The notes beneath the pieces are model-generated. The model ran no database searches, was not told where the DNA came from, and was given only the letters and a program-made list of their open reading frames with translations. A stretch of DNA of 64,000 nt from Hypanus sabinus (Eukaryota): assembly GCF_030144855.1 (NCBI RefSeq), contig NC_082722.1:27714001-27778000 (forward strand). Reading direction: 5' to 3'. The first letter of the stretch is position 1; each line of letters opens with the position of its first letter. Below, piece after piece: positions 1 to 12,000 of this stretch. Made by a program: the position numbers and the translations under genes.

Positions 1-700
1 TGACAGAACCTCCTGTCTGTTCCTATCACTATAGAATGCTCTTTGACTATTGCATTCCTCACCTTCCTCTTTCCCTCCTGTACCACGGAACCAAGCACAG
101 TGCCACAGACCCAATCGCCGTTGTCGCCCTCTGTCACGTCCTCCTCCTCAACCGCTTCCAAAACAAGATAACGATTGTTGAGAGGGATGGCCACAGGGTG
201 CTCTACTATCTGAGCTCTTCCCCTCGCTTCCCTGACCGTCACACACTTATCTAACTCATGCAGCCTCGGTGTGTCTAGCTCCTTTTAGTCCCTCTGCATT
301 TCCTGTTCACTCTCCCTAAGAAGCTGTAGATCATCGGGCCGCTGCTTTAGATCCAGGAGCTGCCAGGAGCTGTATCTCGGTGCACCTGGCGTAGATGTGG
401 CCTTCTGGGAGAGTGGAAAATTCCCGGCATTCCCACATCTGACACCCAGAGCAAAGTACTAACCCTACCAACATGCGCTCTATTCCTTAGAAACTGCAAA
501 GAAAAACCAGAAACGAAGTCCACCTACCCACTGACATCGCCGAAGCCTCAGTAAGCCAAAGCCTGTCGCTTCTACTCTCGCCACTGGCCTCCTCCCGACA
601 ATGGCCCCTCCGCTCAACCAGTCTGTACTTTTATTTAGTTCGTCCAGCTCAGTTGCCACCGCTGATAGGCCTCGCACAATGGACTAACACCCGCGAAGCT
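1..700 (-). mobile_element. CR1-type LINE 5'/ORF1 fragment
   Basis: Minus strand near 1-35 reads SIVIGTDRRFC, like the CR1 ORF1 esterase motif DSIVRGTDRRFC; decayed. Confidence 0.55.
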
Positions 701-889
701 CTTGTTTTAAATAATTGAGATATCAGTACCGTCTTTAAGTAGAAATTTGCTACCGGAGCACTGAAAAGTGGCTATTGCGCTTTCATTTAAAAAGGTCCGC
801 AAGTACAGGTGGCAATTCAAATATCGGAGCTGGGAAACATACTGGAATGAAGGACAGAATCTAACAGAATTTGAAAAGTCAAAAGGATA

Positions 890-2680
890 TAAAAGTTACA
901 GTTAGCATTGATTTCTCAAGGAGAATCGTCGCTCACAAACTTGATTCAGTTGTTTTGTAGAAGCTATGCAGAAAATTGCGGAGAGCAGGTCAGTCAACTC
1001 TATCTTAATTGTGGAATCAGACGGTGATAGTGGAGATTTGGAACCAAGAGTAAAGGCTTTCCAATAGTGATATACTGAAGAGATAGGTCCTGGTTCCATT
1101 ATTGTTTGACATTTCTAAAATATTTAGTTGATAGTATTTTTAAGATGTTACTGCATTTCAGGATGCAGTGGAATTAGTGATATACCAGACAGTGAAAATT
1201 AACTAAGACGAGGAACTGGGAAAGTGAGCTAAATAATTGCGGATAGAGTTCAAGTGGGACATTTGCAAAGTGTTGCATTTTGGTTAGTTAAACTGGGGCA
1301 GGAATTGCGCAATGGGTTGTCCTGGGCGTTGAAGTAGAGCACGGTGACTGAGAGATGCAGGCACGTTGATCCGTAAAATTGTCGACAGAGATGGACAGGC
1401 TGGTAAAGTTGTTTGTTACAATTAAGTCAACAGTTCGGAATCCGAATCAGGTTTCTCATCACCGGCATGTGTCCTGATGTTTGTGAGTTTAGCAGCGGCA
1501 GTTCAATGCAATACATAATGCAGATAACCAAAAAATAAATAAATAAATAAAATCGACATATGAATCTATTAGAGTATATGTATATTAGATAGATTAAAAA
1601 GATGCAAAAACAAAAAAAATAATATGTATTTACAAAGTGGTAGTATTCACGGGTTTAATGTCCATTTAGTTCTCCGATGGCAGAGGGGAAGAAGCTGTTC
1701 CTGAATTGCTCAGTGTGCGCCTTCAGGCTTCTGTACCTTATATTTGATGGCAACAGTGAGAGAAGGGCATGCCCTGGGTGTTGCAGTTCTTTAATAATGG
1801 ACGCTGCCTTTCTGAGTCACCGCTCTTTGAAGATGTGCCGAGGACTTTGTAGGCTTATACCCAAGATGCAGCCGACTAAATTTACGACACTCTGCAGCTA
1901 CTTTCGGTTCCGCGCAGTATCCCACCACTCCCACACCCCCATACCAGACAGTGACGCGGTTTGTCAGAATGCTTTCCACAGTACACTTACAGAAGTTTTT
2001 GTGTGTGTTTATGGACATACCACATCTCTTCAAACACGTAATGAAGTATAATCGCTGCCTTGCCTTCTTTATAGCTGCATCGATATATTGGGTCTAGGTT
2101 AGATCCTCAGAGAGTTTGACACCCAGGATCTTGAAACAGATTACTCTCTCCGCTTCTGATCCCTCTATGAGGATTGGTGTTTATTCCTTTGTCTTATCCT
2201 TCCAGAAGTTCACAAACATCTTCTTCGTCTTACTGCCGTTGGGTGCAAGTCATGGCAATGAGTACAAGATCTGGGACGTCGTGTTCAACTGTACAAATCG
2301 TTGCTGAAACAGTGTATTGTGCATTCGTTGGTGAAAAGTAAGCTGTACATTTTGATCGCCAACAACAGAAGAGATGCGATGAAGCTTGAGATAGTGCAGA
2401 AAAGATTGACAAGACTGTTAGTAGGACAGCGTGATTTTAACTGTAGGAAGAGACTGGGGCTATTCATCCTTAGAGCACAAGTGGTTGCGATGTGACCATA
2501 TATATGTAATGTCAGCAAGGGCGTAGGCACGGGTATGATGACAGTCTTTTACCCAGAATCGGTTAACTGAAAATGAGAGTACATCGAGTACAGGCGAGAG
2601 AGAAAATATTTAAAAGAGTCCAGGGAAAGTTTTTCAACAAAAGAGTATTTTTTTTTTAATTGAACAGAGTACCACACGAA
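890..2680 (+). mobile_element. Decayed CR1 ORF2/3' end, interrupted by an antisense Rex-Babar 3' fragment (about 1440-2215)
   Basis: CR1-like nucleotide blocks (gtgttgcattttgg, gagtacaag...tgtacaa, aagattgacaag) lie on both sides of a block with cagaggggaagaagctgttcctgaa. Confidence 0.6.
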
Positions 2681-2809
2681 CCTATAGAACGAGGTACGAT
2701 TCCAATGTGTGAAGTACATTTAGATTAGTACATAGATAGAATAAGTTTATTGTGGTGAGATCCAAACGCAGCCAAATGGGACGAACTGGGTTTTCAATAG
2801 GCCAATAAC

Positions 2810-3258
2810 TCAATAGTTCCAATTTAATATCAGAGAATGCATACGATGTACAACCTGAAATTACTGACCTTCGCAGGCATCCATGAAAACAGAAGAGAAC
2901 TCCAAACAATGAATGACGGCAGAAACTTTAGAAACCTTAGAAAACCTTAGAGGGCTTTGGGGAGCCTTCCCCAACCCCTTCCGCTCACATGCACCACCTT
3001 CCCCCCACTGTTGTTTCTGTCTCAGCAAGTAAACAGTAGCAAAGACCCCAAGGGACCATGATTTGCAATACAGGAAAAACTAATCGCCCAGCCAACAAAC
3101 TCAACATCACCCATCTCCCTCTCTCCCGAATAATGGCACACATAGCGAGAGACGGAAGCAAGAAAGCAAACAACCCGTTGAGCTACGATTTTCAAGTCTG
3201 CTGCATCACTCTTTTTCGAGTTCTCCGACTTGATAATCGGCAGTAATCTCCCCCCAGC
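2810..3258 (-). repeat. Dispersed repeat, LINE 3'-UTR-like; same family as 33350-34010 and 48730-49580
   Basis: Reverse complement shares blocks such as ggtctctttgggg/ctttgct with the other copies; runs into the N gap. Confidence 0.5.
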
Positions 3259-3498
3259 NNNNNNNNNNNNNNNNNNNNNNNNNNNNNNNNNNNNNNNNNN
3301 NNNNNNNNNNNNNNNNNNNNNNNNNNNNNNNNNNNNNNNNNNNNNNNNNNNNNNNNNNNNNNNNNNNNNNNNNNNNNNNNNNNNNNNNNNNNNNNNNNNN
3401 NNNNNNNNNNNNNNNNNNNNNNNNNNNNNNNNNNNNNNNNNNNNNNNNNNNNNNNNNNNNNNNNNNNNNNNNNNNNNNNNNNNNNNNNNNNNNNNNNN
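3259..3498. other. Assembly gap (N)
   Basis: Run of N. Confidence 1.
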
Positions 3499-5329
3499 AA
3501 AGATTGGCACCAGACCTATGGAATGAATTTCAGTGCGAAAAAAAATCTACCTGGAGTTTAGAATTGCAAGGTATGTTCTCCGACTAGAAGGGAATGATGG
3601 GAATCACATTCGAGGAGAAAACGAAGTATAGCTGCCTTATCAGTTTCAAATACACTTTACAAATATTGACAAAATTGTTTTTAATTCAACAGATGCTTGT
3701 TAATTGAAATTTGTACTGTAAGAATCCATTCAGCTTTTTGAAAGTACTGATAACAAAGAAAAACATATATTTAGCTGCTGAGATGAAAGATTTGGGAAGC
3801 TATAAATTTAGCCAAACAAAAGAGAATCACCAGTTTAAATCGATTTCATAACGTGAAACTTAAAATGTTCTCGGGAAAATCAAGGGTCAGAAACAAAGTT
3901 AAAGCTTCAGATTTATAACCGTTCATCGGATTACCAATCGGAAATCTCTGTTCTGTTTCTCTCTCCATCAAAATTCAGGCAGAGAAGTGTCGTCACGAGA
4001 ACGTGTTGCGAATATTCGAACATCGTCCAATCTATATTTCTCTCGGTTGAACGATGATATAAGTGTGCAAAGACAGATTTTTAATTGGCGGGTTTTCCCT
4101 GTCAAAGAAAATCATCATCGCCGATAGTGGCGAATCTCCGGATTTATTTTTCATCCTGTAAGGTCTGTGGGGGCAATACTGTTGGGAAACGTTTAAGAGG
4201 AATTAAGATTTTTATTCTTGGAATCATCGCATCTGTGTAGCAGACCGGAAGAGGAGACTACGACTGAGCATATCAGACATTATCACCTTAAATGGCCGGG
4301 TAGAGGACAGGGCCGGAATGGCTTATTGTTGTTCTTTTCTTAATTTCCTTTATTTGCTTTTATTTCATGGCAATCGCCTCTAATGAATCCGAAAAACGTC
4401 GAGGACCAACAATGATCATTTATTTTCCCAATTGTTACATGTGGCATCGATCATCAACTCTTGGTGGATGCCAGATGGAGCCATGCTCTGGCCTACACTC
4501 ATTGATACTATATGGGTATGAACTGCAATCGGATTCTCAGCTTCACAGCTTCTTTGATGTTTTTACATCTGCGTACAATGTATGGTTGCTTTGATGTTTG
4601 GATGCCTGTGTGTAATTTGAATCAGAAATCTGCAGAGACGCATAAGTCAGTTTGTCAGCTCCATTTCCTTTAATCTGTGAAAGGAATCCAAAATCAGCGG
4701 TTAGTCGAGCATTTAGAGACTGACTGAATCACACGATTGTAAACCAAATTAGAGATGCATTCATAAGTAATGACAATTAGTTGCTTACGCTTAATACACA
4801 ATTATTTCAACGCTGCTTCAAGATTTCCCTTAATTATTTATATAACAGCCTTTCTTTCCTTACTTAAAAGGAACTTTCACAAAATCAAGTTACGAGAGTA
4901 GAGAAATCCTTGAAGCAGTAGTTATGGTACAAAAAGATTGTCTAAATTACAATACAATCGTTTTTCCTGTCATATGTGTCTGATTGCCGCATATTGTTTC
5001 GTTTATGGTGCTGACAGGTGTTTGCTCAGCCACACCTGTCAACACAGTTCCAAATGCTCACGGACATTGTTGTCAGTGGACAGCTCACATCTGATAGACT
5101 GAACGTTGATGATTTGTTCAGTCAGGCTCTCTGATTACAGTTTTGTCGCAATTCGGTATTTCCGTTAGTTCATTTCTCCTCGGTTCATATCAGGCACTCC
5201 TGTTTATTATGGAAATGATAATGGGCGTTGGGAAGGATGGCATTCCTAGTTTTGTGCCTTTTTTGCGATTCCTCACGTGCAAATTACATGTGAAATTGAA
5301 TGCGTAAAAGCAAGGAAAAAAGTAATCTC

Positions 5330-5830
5330 TAGAGATTCTGCAGATGCTGAAAATCTTGAAGAATGCAAACAGAATACTGAAAGAATTCATTTGTAAGGCA
5401 ACATGCAAGAAGGTAAATAAACTGTCGATTGTTTCTGAAAGAGACGTTTTATCGGGACAGGAAATGAGGGAATAGAATCCAGAATATAAAGGTGTGGAAG
5501 GGGTGCCAGAAAAGTAGCAGGTTACAGTTCAAACCAGGTGAGTGCGAAGTTACGTGGAGGACTGGGCTCAGAATGACGTAAGAAGCTGGGAGGTGTTGGG
5601 TGGACAAGGTAAACGGTGTCTGAAGGAGTCGGAGACGGGAGGACAGTCGACCCTGCAAAATGGAAGAAGGAGGAGCACGTGGGTGGAAGGCAGCCTGGTG
5701 GGACAGATGACGAGAAGAGAAAAGGTGAAACAGAGAATGGAAAAAAAAAGAGAGAATGGAATGATGGAGAAATACCCAAATGTTAGAGAAATTGACATTC
5801 ATGCCTTCAGGTTGGAGTCTCCACAAATGG
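5330..5830 (-). mobile_element. Penelope-like element 3' fragment
   Basis: Terminal block ctgcagatgctgaaaatc, purine-rich body and ttcaggttggag block shared with the copies at 20180 and 32110. Confidence 0.7.
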
Positions 5831-5959
5831 AAGAAAATATTATGTTTGTACCAGAACGTTAAGTTGTTTCACCGAAAGGGGATTAGCCATAACTCACTTT
5901 ATATTTTGTTACTGTGTCAACGGTATCCTCAAGTTTGTAAAATTAACTTCCTCTTGGAT

Positions 5960-6100
5960 GATGATTACATATATAAATATGAACCCTCTGGGGTACTCCG
6001 GTTTCCTCCAATGACTTACAAGTTAGGAGGTCAATTAGTCAAGTGAGTGTGATTGTGCGGCATGGGTTATTTGTACCAGAAGGGCGCGTTATTGTGATAT
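5960..6100 (+). mobile_element. V-SINE-type SINE fragment
   Basis: ggggtactccggtttcctcc core. Confidence 0.6.
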
Positions 6101-7488
6101 AACTCTAAAGCAAATCTTTATCACATTCCCGCTAATCTCTCTCCTTTACCTGGGAATAGATAACGCGCTCTTCATGTTGTCGGTCTTTGCGAAATGGTTT
6201 AGTCTCCCTATGGTTTATTGAAGCATAGGCAGTGAAGTGCTCAACTGGTGCTTGTTCAGCCTGTCAAAAAAACATATTTAATAAACTCAACGATGCAGAG
6301 CTCAGTGATCATAAACTAAATTAAGGTGTAAAGCCTAACACCAAGGATTAACATATTGTTGGAATAACATTTTGTCTGCGCACAAATGATGCCGTCTATA
6401 CCTCATACCGGATGTGTGATCTCGACCATGTCAGGCTGGAAGTCGCTATGTTCAAATTTTCCAATCACCGCTTATAACAGTCCTAGGAATAGGATGGCAT
6501 TCTCAGTTCTGGCCATCTCTGTTTTCTTTTGCATCTCCTAAGTCTACTTCTTACATCGCTCTAATTTCTGTACTTGGGCACAGGCCCATTGTCTATCTTT
6601 TACGCATGCGGCGAATTATCATAATCATTGCCCTGATCAGAATTCGTCCCTACGGTGCAAACTGAAACTTACCATTCACATTATTTAAGTTAAGGATATT
6701 GGAGCAAATGGCAAGCCCTGATGCGAAGTCTCGCTTAACTCGAGCCGAAAACACGGCAGCGGCATCGTAATCCTCCTTTGTTTTGATTGGGTTTGCTGGT
6801 AAATCACTTAAATTACGATCGAAGCAGGTAGAGCCAATGGACGTAGTCCTTTGAGTAAGCGATAAAAATTTCATTTTTCAGCTAAAATAATGGCACAGCA
6901 TTCCAGGGTAATAAAGTATTAGTAAAAAAATTTTCATGAATGCTTCATCTTCAACTTGGATAATACTCTAAGAAGCAGCCCTACATTTCCGGAAGGGTTA
7001 CGAATACAGGTAGAAGTTTTAGCGGAATTCTACCATAATGAAATCAGTGTTCATTACTACCTTATCCTAGTTGCTGCAGTCGCTTCCTTTGCACCTAAGA
7101 TTGCCAGGTACAATTAAAACTGAATGCGTTAAACTGGGGAAAATGGTTAATGAACCACAAGAGGAGAAATGTTATCATGAAAATGCACCCAGGTAGCAAA
7201 AAAAAATAACATTGAAGTGCTGGAAACATGAAGTAAAACAGAGAAATAGAAGACACAAAATTTTAGTATATCTGAAAACACCTGGTAAAGAGAAATAGTT
7301 AACGTTCACGTTGCCATCTGCGGAAGGGTCTTCAATCTGGAATGTCAACTGGTTCTCTTTCCAAAATCGGTCAGTAGCGACAGATTATTTTCTGCTTTGG
7401 ATCCAAATGGGAGACGACAATACACTTATCCGGTTTAGGCTTTGCTTCCCACATTGAGTATAATACCCATTCCGCGTAGCATCGTGGA

Positions 7489-7600
7489 CTAGAAGGTGCC
7501 ATGTGGAGTTTTGTTTAACACATGGTTATCATTGTTCACCACATACGACAAGGATTTATTGCACCGTTGTGTGGATCTTTGTTGCGGATCCGGGTTAAAA
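7489..7600 (-). CDS. Alternative candidate terminal cytoplasmic exon
   Basis: aaatgcag|T TTT AAC...: FNPDPQQRSTQRCNKSLSYVVNNDNHVLNKTPHGTF* in phase 2, which matches the 16-nt micro-exon. Weak pyrimidine tract. Confidence 0.25.
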
Positions 7601-7709
7601 CTGCATTTAATGTTGTAAAGACCATTTCAACAAAACAAGATTTTGTTACATTTTTACCTTGCTTAATGTCCGTCAGATCAAATGTAACACACATTACGAA
7701 TTGATTCGT

Positions 7710-7846
7710 AAAAACACAAAATGAAGGGTTTCGGCCCGAAACGTCGTCTCTGCCTCCTCTCATAGATGCTGTCTGGCCTGCTGAGTTCTGCCAGCATTTT
7801 GTGTTTTTATTTTTTTTCCAGCATCTGCAGATTCACTCGTGTTGCC
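7710..7846 (+). mobile_element. 137-nt Penelope terminal-repeat insertion with 5' inversion and 15-bp TSD
   Basis: TACGAATTGATTCGT at 7695-7709 and 7847-7861. The insert starts with aaaaacacaaaatg, the inverse of its own cattttgtgttttt. Confidence 0.9.
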
Positions 7847-7889
7847 TACGAATTGATTCGTGCACGTACAGTACTTTCCCATTGTCCAG

Positions 7890-7946
7890 TCAACTGAGAT
7901 TCTTGTAAACTAGCATTTTGTAGTCTCTCACAGTCTCAGATGTGTG
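7890..7946 (-). CDS. Candidate terminal cytoplasmic exon with ITIM-like LVYKNL
   Basis: aattcag|CAC...: HTSETVRDYKMLVYKNLS* in phase 0. Needs an intervening exon to match phase. Confidence 0.25.
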   Translation of the reverse strand, partial: HTSETVRDYKMLVYKNLS

Positions 7947-8623
7947 CTGAATTGTTCATCAAAACAACTGACCTTCCAATGGTAAATATTACCGTTCCAC
8001 CTCCAATCCAACCGGTAATGAACTGATTTGGAACACTTGAAAGGATACAGGAAGCAGATGCAACGGGAACATTCAAATAAATCTTAGATATATTCTTAAA
8101 AATAAATATTTTACGGGGAAAATAGTATTATTTTCCCTTCTACGCTCCAAAGTGTTATGGACTAAAATAGATTCATGATATTTTTGCTATGCGAATATCC
8201 CGCTCTGAAACAAGACGAGTCGCTTCACCTACCGTGTCTACATTCTGACATCCGTCCGAAGAACTTGCCTTACCGCCTTCAGAAAAGAAATCAAAAAGAA
8301 ACGATTTGCATTGTAAAAATTTTGCATTATTCTTTTGATATCAATAGTGTACGTGGAACTGCTGAAGGTACGGATCTTTCAGAAAGTATTTGTTGGTAAC
8401 AGTCGTGCTAATATATTATGTTTTTTCTTTTGCATTAACCTGCTGCTATGCTCAAAAGGCTTTGGCTTTCAACGAGGCTGTAAAGTGATAACAGCGTAAC
8501 AGCGGCGGTACCGTATTTAAGTATGGCAAACAAAATGGAAATTAAAACCAATGAGGCGTACATAAGTTGGTCAATGTCATTTACACAATCAGAGGGTGTT
8601 TAGATCTACGCCAAGTCCCTTAC

Positions 8624-8639
8624 GTTTCAAAATACGGAT
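8624..8639 (-). CDS. Candidate 16-nt cytoplasmic micro-exon (DPYFE..)
   Basis: ggcag|ATCCGTATTTTGAAAC|gtaagg; open in phase 1 after the TM exon. Supported by splice signals only. Confidence 0.3.
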
Positions 8640-8918
8640 CTGCCATTGTATTAACAAAAGTTATTTGAAGAACTCCAAAGGGATATAACAACTTTCGTAA
8701 ATATGATGTAGCATACTTCCAGTGGGCTGGTGAAAGACTTGAATTTTAACATTAAGCATGTATTTTGCCAGAGCATTATCATTGAAATCCGGCTTCGAAA
8801 ATCGGGATCCAAGTCCAATCATTCTGTAAATGTAATTTACTGTTATGAATTTAAATGTCATTGACGCTTCAATTTTGTTCGAATAGAGGTGATGTTTCTC
8901 AGCGATCAGTGTTCTTAC

Positions 8919-9017
8919 CGTGCGATCTCTTTAACTTGAGTATCAGCAAAACTATTATCAGAACTAAAATTGCCGATCCGCCCACTGCACATGCGAGAAT
9001 CAATCTGGTATCAGCGC
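8919..9017 (-). CDS. Transmembrane exon
   Basis: Acceptor tttctttttcaag|GC and donor CACG|gtaaga; 99 nt. Hydrophobic LILACAVGGSAILVLIIVLLIL followed by basic stop-transfer KLKR. Confidence 0.88.
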
Positions 9018-12000
9018 CTTGAAAAAGAAACCGTAAATCATTTATACATCCAAAACAAATCCACACATGAGTAGCAACAATGCAAACTCTTATATCGGGT
9101 CCTTTCAAATCTCACTACACACTGATAGGAAAATGGTAGAATATACAGTATAGAACAAAGAAATCTGGTTTTTAGTTTCTCCAGACACATTCCAGCTATT
9201 TACGATGACTAAGAATAGGCTCGGCTGGTTTTTCAAATACTTCACTTGACAATAGATATCAGCATAACAACTGAACGTGTAATCATCCAACTTAATACAC
9301 GTCTGATCTCGATTCAACCTTTTAAGTCACGTCTGTCAAGGACATTCTTTTGTACAATCAAGCCCCTATAGATAACTTGTAGACTCGCCAAAGGAGTCCC
9401 GGTGCAGCAACAAATCGCTCAATGCTGAAATCACACGTAACTTCATGAGTTTATAACACTGAACCCTCCAAGCCTCCTGAATGTGTATCGAGCTGATTAA
9501 ACGTATTTTCCCACTGTTATGTTTTCCACAGCTTTACGAGTGACAATCCCGAATTAATGGAAAACTGCATAATGAAACTATAGATAAACACGAGTCATCC
9601 ATTTGAACTGCGTTGCCACCTATTATTGGAATATAATTACGTAGAGACTGAATTTTGTGAAAGTCTGTTCACAGTTTCGCTCCCTATGCATTCATTCCAG
9701 GTGGCAATTAAGTGTCACGTCTCAGTGTTCAGGAAATCCTACCTTGATTCTGATTTTACCCCATGTCCACATTTTTCCGGTTAAACTATATCAATTAATT
9801 ACACCTTCACTCACCAGCAGATGGTTTCTCCCTTTGTTATATCACCATGCGATTTAGAGCTTAAGTTTTGCATTGTCTCATCTTTGACAAATTTCCGGAA
9901 GTTTGTTACCTTACACGGACTACACGAAATCAACTACTTAACTCATCCTGCACGATTTAAACTGAGGGTATAAGACATTTTTTAAAAACACTATTCACAT
10001 TGAATGCTGACATTTAGATTCGAATATTGGGCAATTAATATTCAATATTTAACGTTCTAGAAAAATATTTGGAAGAAATTCTATGTCCACGTTGTGTGAA
10101 CCTCGAGTGTGAGTCTGTAAAGGGGTTCACATTGGCTTCTATTTTAGGGGCCTCGCTTCCCTTTGCACTTACTAAAGTGAATAACCAAACGACTAGTCCA
10201 ATAACCAAACATGCAATACGAATATGGTTTCAATTTCGTAAATTTTTGGATTGAATAAATTTATCCTATCAAGTCCTACTATATCCAATTATTCTTCAAA
10301 CCATTCAGAACCGATCAAGCCTTTCTTTTATGGAAAACGAAGGGAATATCGTGTTTTCGTGATTTATTCATGGAAAACTGTCTTATGTCTTCTGAACAGT
10401 TGTCGAATAAATATAATTTGCCTAGATCACATTTTTCAGATATTTACAGATTAGAAACTTTATGAATGTTATTTTATCTACTTTTCTGATCCCACATCGA
10501 ACTGAAATTACAGGACAAAAATTAGGTTTAAACCCCTATCAGAAGAGTTTAATAGCAATTATTTATGATCTGATTACGAAAATACGTCTAGGTACATCTG
10601 ATAAAAATAAGACTGAATGAGAAAGAACTTCAGGTATCTTTACCCACAGAGAAATGGGAGAAAATACTCCAGCTTGTTAACACTTTTTCAATTTGTGCTA
10701 GGGACCCTTTGATACAATTCAAGGTGATCCATAAGACCCATGTGTCTAAGGATAAGTTAGTTCGTTTTTATTTTCGTATAAATCCTCTCTGTGACAGCTG
10801 TAATTCTGAGGTGGCTTCCTTGATACAGATGTTCTAGTCCTGATGTTCACGGGCAATCAAGACACCATTTTACCTTGCTCCAGGATGTAGCTGAAATTGA
10901 CAGTCACCGTGCGGGAGACATGCTTTATCATATTTTTATCAAATGTCCATAAGTTTGCTACCTTACAACTATTGCACAATTTCAACGTCTTCATTCGTGC
11001 TACACAATTTACACCAACTGGAACAACACGTTAGTTTTTGAACACCTTTCACGTTTACTATTTACTCTCAATTTCTGATCTTTGAAATTAGCCATTCTTC
11101 CGTGGTAGCTGTTCAGTTACTGTTCTTACATGGTCACAGTGACCCAACCACTATCACTTGTAAGCGCTTCCATCTTATACTGAGCGCAAAAGATTCTAAG
11201 CATGCTGATATCCAGAGTTCCACAGAAAATCCTAGAACTCAGCCGATCAGGCGGATCTAAAATATCGACGTTAAAGGGCGAGACCCAACCTCGTCACTTC
11301 ATCAAGACTTCACGTGACTTCATCTTACCTTGCTCCAGGATGTAGCTGAAACCGGCAGGCACTGTCAGCGAGACATGCGACACCAGGCAGGTATAAACAT
11401 CATTTCCCAAAGTAGACTGCGTGATTTCCAATAAACTAAAAGCTTCGTACAAACCATCCACGCTCCGGTTTGTCACACTTTCTATTCCAACGCGGATTTC
11501 TTTGTTATTTCTTTGCCACTCGATTTCTAATTTCTCCGGGTAGAAGGCAGCCGTTTTACAAAGGAGCTTTCGAGGAGACGAAAACCCTCCAATAGGAACA
11601 ATTTCCAATGGAGTTGGAGGAGCTTGAGTAAAAAAAAAGTTATGTTGGGTATTTTCGATCCATTTCAATGCAGATAGATTTCTTTGACTCCCCGCCAACT
11701 AGCATGACACTTTAGCTATCAAATGAGTTATCCACCAGTATTAACCAGAATTTAATAAATTCTTTCTATTTCATGTTCTGTTTATTGTTGCTCAACCATA
11801 CGCCCACACCGCTAAGCGAAATATTGTTCTTCTGGAGTCAAGTTGTTAAATACAGTACAGTATATATAATCACACACAGCGTATGTGGCTACCATCCAGG
11901 ACAGGCAGTCACTAAATAAGCAGAATAAATACAGTCACACTGAGAGACGAATGAAAGGAAGAGTTCTGAGAATACACCTCGACGGCGAAGCTCAGAGGTC

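Noticed and set aside
3022-3526. Long ORFs here and at 49119-49760
   Set aside because: Artefacts of translating through N gaps.
6650-6874. 74-aa minus ORF with RVKR and a gtaag donor; another frame gives EIFIAYSKD (TIR-like)
   Set aside because: No acceptor gives a convincing open exon, the TIR-like frame stops after about 22 codons, and no family is recognisable.
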